Assembly: GCA_040905565.1 (NCBI GenBank)
Contig: JBBDRF010000040.1
Location: 1-16,931, forward strand
Origin: Phycisphaeraceae bacterium
Lineage (GTDB): Bacteria; Planctomycetota; Phycisphaerae; Phycisphaerales; Zrk34
Reading direction: 5' to 3'
Length of the DNA stretch: 16,931 nucleotides
Every line of letters starts with the position of its first letter. The stretch's first letter is position 1. Position numbers and translations under genes: made by a program. A model generated the notes under the pieces. It ran no database searches and was not told where the DNA came from. It saw only the letters and a list, made by a program, of their open reading frames with translations. Of this stretch, positions 6,420 through 14,201 are shown piece by piece.

Positions 6420-8753
6420 TCAGAACGGCAGGGCGATGTCGAAGCTGAACACACGCTGCTCGTCGCCTTCCTCTTTAATCAGCGGGTACGCGAAGTCGAA
6501 GGCGAAGGGTGCCTGTCCGAGGAACGGCAACTGGAGCCTGAGGCCTGCGCCGACGCTCACACGATACTTCTCGAACGAGGCGGAGGTATCGACGGTGCCG
6601 CTGTCGAGGAAGAAAACGCCCCGGAAGGTTTCTTCGTAGATGGGGAAGTTGTACTCGAGCCCGGCGAGGAACATGAAGCGGCCGCCGACGGGTTCGGTGC
6701 CTTCGACGCCGGTGTCGGCGCGGATGCCGCGTGGCCCGATGCCTCGGAAGTCGAAGCCTCGGAAGGTGCGATGGCCGCCGGCGTAGAAGCGCTCGAAGAG
6801 CGGGGCGCGATCATCTTCGAGGATGTAGCCGGTGTCGACGCGGAGGCTGAGGACGGTCTTGCGGCCGAAGAAGTCTTCATCGACGGCGAGGAAGGCGTTG
6901 AAATCGGCGGAGAGTTTGGTGAACTCGTAGTCGCCTCCGAGCGCGCCGGCGCGTTCGATGCCGGCACTGAGGCGGGTGCCCTCGGTGGGGAAGAAACGGC
7001 TGTCGACGGTGGAGCGGGAGACGAAGAAGCCGATGCTGTCGATGAGGCTGTCGCCTTCGACATCGAAGACGTCGACGGGGGCGCGGTTGAGAACGTCGAA
7101 GATTTCGACCTGCTCCAGGCGGCCGCGCAGCGAGGCGGACCACACATCGCCGAAGCGCCGGCCGATGCCGACCGTGCCGCCGATGCGGCGCTCGTCCCAC
7201 GATTCACGCCGGCGCTGGAAGAAGAAGGCGTTGGTGTCGAGGAAGAAGCCAGATTCGAAAAGATAGGGCTCGCGGAAGCTGACCTGGTAGCGCTGGAAGC
7301 GGTCGCCGGGCTGCAGCGAGAGCGAGAAGCTTTGGCCCGCGCCGCGGAAGGCACGGCCGGTGAGGAACTCGCCCCACGATTCGGGCACGTCGGTGATGTC
7401 GAAGTTCCGCTGCGTGAGATCGATCGCGCCGAAAACGCCTGCGTCACTGCTGACGGCGGCACCGAAACTCAGCGAGCCGGTCTGCCCTTCGACCACTTCC
7501 ACGAGCGTGTCGCGGACCTCATCATCGGGGCTGCCCATCACGGTGATGGTGGCCTGGTCGATGATGCCCGTCTCGCGGATGCGCCGCTCGGAGAGGCTGA
7601 TGCCCGTGGCGTCGTAGGCGCGGCCGGGCTGCAGGCCTCGCAGTTCACGGCGAATCACCTTGTCCTGCGTGAGGGGGTTGCCTCGGATGATCACGGCCCC
7701 GACCGTCGTCCGTGGCGACTCAGCCACGGTGATCCGCAAATCGACGGTCGGCTGTTCGGGATCGAACACGCGGGCGATGTCCACGTCGGTTTCGATGAAC
7801 CCGAGCTTGCCGTACAGATCGCGCAGGGCCTGATGGGTGCTGCGTTGACGATCGCCTGAGAACACGTCGCCGCGTTTGAGCGTGATGGCGTGGCGGATCT
7901 GCTCGTCGCTGAACTGCTCATTGCCGGCGACGGAGATTTCACTGACGGTGTAGCGGACGCCTTCGTCGATGAGGAAGGTCACGGCGGCGTCGCGCTGGTT
8001 GTCGGAGAGTTCAATGCGGCGGCCGACGCGGACGTCGAGGTAGCCGTTACGCAGGTAATATTCGCGGATCGACGCAACGTCCTGGTCAATCTTCTCCTGA
8101 CTCAGCGTGCCGGCCCGGATGATGGGCAGGTAGGTGCGGGTGCCGATTTCGCTGCGGAGCAGGGCTTCGGGGAAGACCTCGTTGCCTTCGAAGTTGATCT
8201 CACGCACCCGAACGCGGGGCCCTTCCCGGACGCGGTAGATCAGGATGCCGGTCTCTTCGAGGGTGGGCTCGTCGATGACTGCGTCGGCGAGGAAGTAGCC
8301 GTCGTTGTGGTAGAGGCGGCGAATCTCCTCGCGGCCGCGGTCCATCAGGAACGGATCACGCGGATCGCCTGAGCGGAGCATCACGGCCTGGAGCAGTTCC
8401 TGATCGCTGAAGGCCTGATTGCCGACGACCTGTACATCTGAAAGGAGAGGTTGTTCTTCGACCACGTAGACCAGGTCCACCGTGTTGTCGTCGTTTGGAT
8501 CGACGCGGGCACGGACGGAATAGAAGCGGCCGAGGCGGGTGATGTTTTGAATATCACGAGAGACGGCATCGGGGCTGTACGGATCGCCCGGCTGCACGCG
8601 GATCTGGTTGAGCAGCAGTTGGGCATCGACCTGCTCGACGCCTTCGACGCGCACGTCGGCGACGGGCCGGTTGGTGACATCGGCTGCCTGGCCGCGCACC
8701 TCGCCCGCAGCGCACGCCAGCATCAACGCCAGCGCCAGGACCACCCGTCTCAT
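6420..8753 (-). CDS. bamA: Outer membrane protein assembly factor BamA (Omp85)
   Basis: Signal peptide (MRRVVLALALMLACAAGEVRG), about five POTRA repeats, a barrel starting at GSLSFGAAVSS, loop-6 motif FYAGGHRTFRGF, C-terminal Phe. The start could alternatively be at 8813. Confidence 0.95.
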   Translation of the reverse strand: MRRVVLALALMLACAAGEVRGQAADVTNRPVADVRVEGVEQVDAQLLLNQIRVQPGDPYSPDAVSRDIQNITRLGRFYSVRARVDPNDDNTVDLVYVVEEQPLLSDVQVVGNQAFSDQELLQAVMLRSGDPRDPFLMDRGREEIRRLYHNDGYFLADAVIDEPTLEETGILIYRVREGPRVRVREINFEGNEVFPEALLRSEIGTRTYLPIIRAGTLSQEKIDQDVASIREYYLRNGYLDVRVGRRIELSDNQRDAAVTFLIDEGVRYTVSEISVAGNEQFSDEQIRHAITLKRGDVFSGDRQRSTHQALRDLYGKLGFIETDVDIARVFDPEQPTVDLRITVAESPRTTVGAVIIRGNPLTQDKVIRRELRGLQPGRAYDATGISLSERRIRETGIIDQATITVMGSPDDEVRDTLVEVVEGQTGSLSFGAAVSSDAGVFGAIDLTQRNFDITDVPESWGEFLTGRAFRGAGQSFSLSLQPGDRFQRYQVSFREPYLFESGFFLDTNAFFFQRRRESWDERRIGGTVGIGRRFGDVWSASLRGRLEQVEIFDVLNRAPVDVFDVEGDSLIDSIGFFVSRSTVDSRFFPTEGTRLSAGIERAGALGGDYEFTKLSADFNAFLAVDEDFFGRKTVLSLRVDTGYILEDDRAPLFERFYAGGHRTFRGFDFRGIGPRGIRADTGVEGTEPVGGRFMFLAGLEYNFPIYEETFRGVFFLDSGTVDTSASFEKYRVSVGAGLRLQLPFLGQAPFAFDFAYPLIKEEGDEQRVFSFDIALPF

Positions 8754-8910
8754 CGCGGAACTCAAAGGCAAGGACCCACTCCAGGCGATTGGGGAAAACA
8801 GAGGATGCGCCATAAAGGCCGTCGGGCCGGGCGTCACCCTTGGGGCAGGTAGTCTAATGCGGTGGCTTGAAGGCAACAAGGCGGCGGGGGGGCGACGGGT
8901 GTGCGGGCGT

Positions 8911-9681
8911 TCAGGGAAGTTCGCGGATGCGGAGGTTTTTGAAGTCGATCGGGGAGCCTTCGGATTCGAGGCAGAGATAGCCTTCGGAGGGTTGGCACTC
9001 GGTGCCGCCGGAGACTTCTTCGCCGTTGACCCACAGGCGCACCTCGCCGTTGATGGCGCGGATGTAGTAGTGGTTCCACTGGTTGATGCCGAGGGTGAGT
9101 TCTTTGGAGGGGAAGCTGCGTTGTTTGTGTTGTTCGTTGGGTGCGGCGGGGGGGAAGGGTTTCATGGAGGAACTGCCGACGGGGAACACGTCGCCGTGGG
9201 ACGTGAACCAGTCGCTGGGGCGGTTGTGCTGTTTTTCGAATGCCTCGGCGTAGCCGAGGTCGAGCACCTGCACTTCGATGCCGTGGGGCAGGCCTGGTTC
9301 TGTGAGGGCGTCAAGCGAGGCGATGGGTGACCAGACGAAGATGCCCGAGTTGCCTGCATCTTTGAGGTGCCGCCACTGGCAGACCATCTCGAAATTCTTG
9401 AGCGGTTTTGTCGAGCGGATTACGCCGATGGGGTGCCCTGTGCAGTGGACGCCGTCGTCTTTCCATGTCCAGGTATCTTCGTGGCAATTAACATTGACGA
9501 AGTCCTCCTCGCCGAGCGAGCGCCACTGGTGGCCTGTGCCGTCGATGAACGCTTTGGTGGCTGGGTTCTGCTGCGTATCGCCGTTCTGGGCGTGCGCGTT
9601 ACCGGAGGCAGCGGTGGCGGCGAGTGCGGCGAGTGAGGTGCCGAGGAACAGCCGACGCGACGAAGAGGGATGATCAGACAT
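8911..9681 (-). CDS. Tat-exported DUF1080 (3-keto-disaccharide hydrolase-like) protein
   Basis: Twin-arginine signal SRRLFLGTSLAALAA...AHA. Family motifs NFEMVCQW, GNSGIF, EVQVLD, WNHYYI, VNG, GYLCLESEG, FKNLRIREL. The start may be 9696. Confidence 0.88.
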   Translation of the reverse strand: MSDHPSSSRRLFLGTSLAALAATAASGNAHAQNGDTQQNPATKAFIDGTGHQWRSLGEEDFVNVNCHEDTWTWKDDGVHCTGHPIGVIRSTKPLKNFEMVCQWRHLKDAGNSGIFVWSPIASLDALTEPGLPHGIEVQVLDLGYAEAFEKQHNRPSDWFTSHGDVFPVGSSSMKPFPPAAPNEQHKQRSFPSKELTLGINQWNHYYIRAINGEVRLWVNGEEVSGGTECQPSEGYLCLESEGSPIDFKNLRIRELP

Positions 9682-9739
9682 AGGCGGTGGCTCCATTGAG
9701 GCTGGTCAATGACTGGCAGAGTAGCGGCTACGCAGCGAA

Positions 9740-9771
9740 ATTATATCGATTGTCGGTATACGGCGTGGCAA
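9740..9771 (-). promoter_or_regulatory. Candidate promoter for DUF1080 (TTGCCA-N20-TATAAT) with overlapping dyad
   Basis: TATAAT at 9740-9745 and TTGCCA at 9766-9771 on the minus strand. Dyad TATATCGA-TTG-TCGGTATA at 9742-9760. Confidence 0.5.
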
Positions 9772-9773
9772 TG

Positions 9774-9808
9774 GATTGTTGATTGCTGATTTCTGAATAT
9801 TGATTGGG
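9774..9808. repeat. Degenerate heptamer tandem repeat (5 units)
   Basis: GATTGTT GATTGCT GATTTCT GAATATT GATTGGG. Confidence 0.7.
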
Positions 9809-9822
9809 GGAACCAGTCGCGG

Positions 9823-9933
9823 GGGTGCCCCGGCCAGCGAGCGCAGCGAGACGGCCGGGTTTGCCGGGACTTGCGCCGGTGTCGGGGCCGATGTCGCCAA
9901 TCCGCCCGGCCGTCTTCGCTGGCCGGGGCACCC
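9823..9933. repeat. REP doublet / MITE-like inverted repeat
   Basis: Left arm GGGTGCCCCGGCCAGCGA[GCGCAGCG]AGACGGCCGGG (9823-9859). Right arm (9905-9933) is its exact reverse complement except that the bracketed 8 nt are missing. Confidence 0.8.
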
Positions 9934-9956
9934 TTGGCAGTTGTCCTCTCGTTCGT

Positions 9957-10049
9957 ATGTGTTTGCCCTGAGGGCAGGGTGTTGCGTCCATTTACATCTT
10001 TACACGAAGACGAGGAAACGATTACCCTGCGGGTTGAAGGCAAATACAT
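9957..10049 (+). other. Nested stem structure immediately upstream of the fdhA RBS (candidate cis-regulatory leader or inverted-repeat DNA element)
   Basis: ATGTGTTTGCC (9957-9967) pairs with GGCAAATACAT (10039-10049). GCAGGGT (9974-9980) pairs with ACCCTGC (10024-10030). Confidence 0.45.
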
Positions 10050-10066
10050 TTTCAGGAGATCGATTT

Positions 10067-11275
10067 ATGGCGGACAAGAACATGGGCCTGATGTATGTCG
10101 GGCCGGGCGAAGTGAAGGTTGAGGAGATCGACTTTCCCAAGCTTCAACTCGAGTATCGGGGCAACAAACGCGATTGTCATCACGGGGTGATCCTGAAGGT
10201 GATCAGCACCAACATCTGTGGCTCCGATCAGCACATGGTGCGTGGGCGGACGACGGCGCCGGCGGGGCTGGTGCTCGGCCATGAGATCACGGGCGAGGTG
10301 ATCGAGACGGGGCGCGACGTTGAGTTCATCAAGAAGGGTGACATCTGCTCGGTGCCGTTCAACATTGCGTGTGGTCGGTGTCGCAACTGTAAGGAAGGCA
10401 AGACGGGGATCTGTCTGAACGTGAACCCTGATCGGCCGGGCGCTGCGTACGGCTACGTCGACATGGGCGGCTGGGTCGGCGGGCAGGCGCGGTACGTGAT
10501 GGTGCCTTACGCGGACTGGAACCTGCTGAAGTTCCCCGACAACGATCAGGCGATGGAGAAGATCCGGGATCTGACGATGCTCTCGGACATCTTCCCGACG
10601 GGCTTCCATGGTGCGTACACAGCTGGCGTTGGGCCGGGCAGCACGGTGTATGTGGCCGGTGCGGGGCCGGTGGGCCTGGCGTGTGCGGCTTCGGCGCAGC
10701 TGCTGGGCGCGGCGGTGGTGATCGTGGGCGATCTGATCCCTGAACGGCTGGCGCAGGCGCGGAGCTTCGGCTGCGAGACGGTCGATCTGCGCGAGGAAGC
10801 GTCGCTTGATCAGCAGATCGAGCAGATACTCGGCGTGCCTGAGGTGGACTCGGCCGTCGACTGCGTCGGCTTTGAAGCACGCGGCCATGGTAAGGAAGCG
10901 GCGGTGGAACGGCCGGCGACGGTGCTTAATCAGGTGATGCAGGTGACACGCGCGGGCGGGGCGGTCGGCATCCCCGGACTGTACGTGACCGACGACCCCG
11001 GCGGCGTGGACGAGAACGCGAAGACGGGCAACCTCTCCATCCGCATCGGACTCGGCTGGGCGAAAAGCCTCTGCTTCGCCACAGGCCAGTGCCCCGTCAT
11101 GCAGTACCATCGGCAACTGATGATGGCGATACTTTACGACAAGGTGCAGATCGCCAAGGCCGTGAACGCGACGGTGATCAGCCTGGAAGATGCCCCGCAG
11201 GGCTACAAGGATTTCGACAAAGGCGCGCCCGAGAAGTTCGTGCTCGACCCGCACGGCATGATCGGCGCGGCCTGA
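10067..11275 (+). CDS. fdhA: Glutathione-independent formaldehyde dehydrogenase (Zn-dependent MDR)
   Basis: ATG at 10067 after AGGAG. Contains TNICGSDQHMVRGRTT, LGHEITG, CGRCRNC...C structural zinc site, AYGYVDMG, LSDIFPTG, GAGPVG and GFEARGHG, which I recognise as Pseudomonas-type FdhA signatures. Confidence 0.93.
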   Translation: MADKNMGLMYVGPGEVKVEEIDFPKLQLEYRGNKRDCHHGVILKVISTNICGSDQHMVRGRTTAPAGLVLGHEITGEVIETGRDVEFIKKGDICSVPFNIACGRCRNCKEGKTGICLNVNPDRPGAAYGYVDMGGWVGGQARYVMVPYADWNLLKFPDNDQAMEKIRDLTMLSDIFPTGFHGAYTAGVGPGSTVYVAGAGPVGLACAASAQLLGAAVVIVGDLIPERLAQARSFGCETVDLREEASLDQQIEQILGVPEVDSAVDCVGFEARGHGKEAAVERPATVLNQVMQVTRAGGAVGIPGLYVTDDPGGVDENAKTGNLSIRIGLGWAKSLCFATGQCPVMQYHRQLMMAILYDKVQIAKAVNATVISLEDAPQGYKDFDKGAPEKFVLDPHGMIGAA

Positions 11276-11302
11276 GGGTTCACGATTTTTGATGGATTCA
11301 AG

Positions 11303-11334
11303 GCAGGGCGCACGAAAGTGCGTCCTGCTTTTTT
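11303..11334 (+). terminator. Rho-independent terminator after fdhA
   Basis: GCAGGGCGCAC-GAAA-GTGCGTCCTGC stem-loop followed by TTTTTT. Confidence 0.9.
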
Positions 11335-11400
11335 ATGGGTACCCACGGCGTGACGCTGTGGGCTTCGCGGGCGGGGGTTTTGCGGTATCTTATGCGTCTT

Positions 11401-12246
11401 ATGAGTGACCCTGTACGGACATCTGATCGGCCCTGGCGTGAGGACGCGTCGCTTGTGCTGCGTTCGCTGCTGGTGGATTTGCCGAACCTGTCATTGCTGG
11501 CGCGAAGGCATTGGCATGCGGTGCTGGTGACGCAGCATCATTCGGGGACGCACTGGCTGATTCACATGCTGACGGAGTTGATGTCGCAGGCGTACGACGT
11601 GCCGGGGCAGGCGGACATCGACGACATGCGAGTGATTGTGAGGCATAAGGAGAAGCCGATTTTTCCGCAGGTGCCCGCCATCGCTCATTCGCACAAGATC
11701 CCGAGTTGGCTGACGCACGCGGTTCCGTTTCGGTGGGGCGTGACGTATCCGCGGTACGTGGTGCTGGTGCGGGATATCCGGGCGTCGCTGGTGTCGCTTT
11801 ATGAGAAGCACCGCGAGGAGTACAACGTGCCGTTCACGGAGCTGGTGCAGGCGGACCCGCTTCGCCGCCGTTTTCGCAAGGATATCTGGCGGGATATTCG
11901 CTTTTTCAATGCGTGGGCGCGCGTGAAACGGCTGATGCCCGAGCGGATTCTGATCGTGCGTTATGAAGATCTCAAAGCCGACACGGCTGGTCAGCTCAGG
12001 CGGGTGTGGGATCATCTGGAACTCGCAGCGGTGACGGACGAGGCTCTGGCGCAGGCGGTCGAGAACTCCAGCAAGCAGCGGATGCTCGCCAAGCAGGACG
12101 CCCAGCGGCACGGCCGCGTGGTGCGCGACGACCAACGCCATCCGTTTGAGTGGTTCTCCGAGGCCGACCGCGAATACTTCACCCGCGTCTGCCGACGCCA
12201 TCTGCGCGACTGGTTCGGCTATGAATTTGATTGCTGGGAGACATGA
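11401..12246 (+). CDS. PAPS-dependent sulfotransferase-family protein
   Basis: 5'-PSB-like VTQHHSGTHWL, AHSH, 3'-PB LVRDIRASLVSLY, IVRYEDL. Start uncertain (11392 or 11401). Confidence 0.8.
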   Translation: MSDPVRTSDRPWREDASLVLRSLLVDLPNLSLLARRHWHAVLVTQHHSGTHWLIHMLTELMSQAYDVPGQADIDDMRVIVRHKEKPIFPQVPAIAHSHKIPSWLTHAVPFRWGVTYPRYVVLVRDIRASLVSLYEKHREEYNVPFTELVQADPLRRRFRKDIWRDIRFFNAWARVKRLMPERILIVRYEDLKADTAGQLRRVWDHLELAAVTDEALAQAVENSSKQRMLAKQDAQRHGRVVRDDQRHPFEWFSEADREYFTRVCRRHLRDWFGYEFDCWET

Positions 12247-13016
12247 TGGGCACAGGCAGTGACCACATCACTCCCACGCACCAATGCCACTTGTTGGTCA
12301 CTGGCATGGGCCGTAGCGGCACATTGTTCCTCAGCCGACTACTCGACCGGGCGGAGGGTGTAGTCGCGCGGCATGAACATTTGTGCGACAGGCATATCAT
12401 GCCGATGAGCTACTATCAGCCAGACCATCCCTACGTCGAGCATGTCATTCGCCGCGGTGCCGCACGGCTCTACCGCAAGCACGGTGAAGGGCCTGTTTAC
12501 GTTCACGTTGATCCGGGGATGCGCTATGCTGCGGATCTGGTGAGGCGATGCCTTGGGGCGCGCTGCGTTCAGCTGGTGCGTGACGGTCGCAAGGTGGTGG
12601 CGTCGATGTATCCGCGGAAGATCTACACGAAGCACGCAAAGACGCTGCCCGTGATGCCTGGCGATCCGAAACTTGCGGCGAAATGGGATCAGTGGCCTCG
12701 TTTTGAGAAGCTATGCTGGCATTGGCGTGACGGTGTGGAGCATCTGCTGACTCAGGGGTTTCCGCTGTTACGCTTTGAGGAACTGCTGAGTGATTATGAT
12801 CTGACCGATGAAATTCTGCTCAAGCCCAGCGGGATCGATCTTCCGCGTGAGCAGTGGCGCGAGGCATGTGCTCGACCGATAAATGCGACGCGGTTTCGTG
12901 TAAGATGGCTTATGCCCAATCATGTGGGACGTCTGCGGTGGAACGATGATTACGAGCGGCGGTTTCGAGCGCTCTGCGGCCCGACGATGGAAAAGCTCGG
13001 CTACACGCTCGACTGA
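12243..13016 (+). CDS. Sulfotransferase-family protein
   Basis: VTGMGRSGTLFL, ARHE, LVRDGRKVVASMY, LRFEEL, C-terminal MEKLGY. ATGA overlap with the upstream stop and a GGGAG RBS. Confidence 0.82.
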   Translation: MMGTGSDHITPTHQCHLLVTGMGRSGTLFLSRLLDRAEGVVARHEHLCDRHIMPMSYYQPDHPYVEHVIRRGAARLYRKHGEGPVYVHVDPGMRYAADLVRRCLGARCVQLVRDGRKVVASMYPRKIYTKHAKTLPVMPGDPKLAAKWDQWPRFEKLCWHWRDGVEHLLTQGFPLLRFEELLSDYDLTDEILLKPSGIDLPREQWREACARPINATRFRVRWLMPNHVGRLRWNDDYERRFRALCGPTMEKLGYTLD

Positions 13017-13061
13017 AAGATGGACTCTTCTGGATTGAGCCGGGGCGTCAGGAATACTCCC

Positions 13062-14201
13062 ATGCGCGTTATACAGTTTGTGGCTACGGCTGGCTACGGA
13101 GGGCTTGAGCGGCACTTCGTGGATTTGTGCACGGCTCTGAGCGGCCGAGGCATCGAGGTGATCGCGGTGGCTGATCAGGCTTTCGCCGATCGGCTGCCGC
13201 AGGCGGTGCGTCATGTGCCGATCCGCGTCGATGGTCCGCGTCATTCGCCGCTGTCGCTCGCTCGGGTGGCGCGAACGATCGGGCAATACGAGGCAGACAT
13301 CATCCACACCCACGCCACCAAGGCGACGTCGATGTTCCGAACCGTTCGCCCCTTCTTCCTGCGTGGCCCCCTTCATGTGGCCACAGTGCATGGCATGAAG
13401 AGATCGGTGAACGCGTATGAATCGGCCGACGCGGTTATCTGCGTCTCACAGCGCGTGAGTCGGACGATCAGGCGTGCGGCAAAGCGTGTGATCTACAACG
13501 GCATCGAGCCCAACGGCCTGCCCACCGACGCCGACCGTGCCTCCGCCCGTCTCGCGCTGGGCGTGCCTGAGGGGCGTCCACTGCTCATGACCGTCGGCCG
13601 ACTCGCTTCAGTGAAGGGCCTGGACGTGCTTATCGAGGCGATGGTGAATGTCGAGGCGACCCTTGCGATCGTCGGCGACGGCCCGGAACTCCGCTGCCTG
13701 CAGGAACAGGCGGCAAGGCTGGGCGTCGACGATCGCGTCATCTTTACAGGATTCCGCGATGATGTGCCCTGCCTCCTACCCGGTGCCGATCTTGCCGTCA
13801 TCAGCTCCCGGCGGGAGGGCTTTCCCTACGTCCTCGTCGAAATGCTGCAAAACCGCCTACCCGTGCTGACAACCGATGTGGGCGACATGCGCGAACTGCT
13901 CGGCGATGCCATGGTCGTGCCGACGCAAGACCCTGCCGCCCTGCGCGAGCGACTGCAAAGGGCTCTGGAAGATTTATCGGGACTCAAAGAGAAGTTTGCG
14001 CCCCACTTCGATCGCGCTCGGCGGGAGTTCACCTGCACGCAGATGGCCGAGCAGACGCTGGAGCTTTATGAGCAAGTGCTCGCCAAGCGTCCTCATCGAC
14101 TCTATCAAACGCGAGAGGATGACCCTACGCGCCGAGATCGGCGATCAGCAGGATACCCCCTCGGTTCAGCGGCCGCCGGCGCATCAGGCGGTTCTTCATG
14201 A
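13062..14201 (+). CDS. GT4-family (GT-B fold) glycosyltransferase
   Basis: GGLERH, DIIHTH, TVHG, VIYNGI, VGRLASVKG, IVGDGP, FTGFRDDV, EGFPYVLVE (EX7E), TDVG. The start may be 13020. Confidence 0.92.
   Translation: MRVIQFVATAGYGGLERHFVDLCTALSGRGIEVIAVADQAFADRLPQAVRHVPIRVDGPRHSPLSLARVARTIGQYEADIIHTHATKATSMFRTVRPFFLRGPLHVATVHGMKRSVNAYESADAVICVSQRVSRTIRRAAKRVIYNGIEPNGLPTDADRASARLALGVPEGRPLLMTVGRLASVKGLDVLIEAMVNVEATLAIVGDGPELRCLQEQAARLGVDDRVIFTGFRDDVPCLLPGADLAVISSRREGFPYVLVEMLQNRLPVLTTDVGDMRELLGDAMVVPTQDPAALRERLQRALEDLSGLKEKFAPHFDRARREFTCTQMAEQTLELYEQVLAKRPHRLYQTREDDPTRRDRRSAGYPLGSAAAGASGGSS

Noticed and set aside
9800..10066. 89-aa N-terminal extension of FdhA in the ORF track
   Set aside because: It runs through repeats. 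The real start is the ATG at 10067, which has an AGGAG RBS and matches the family N-terminus.
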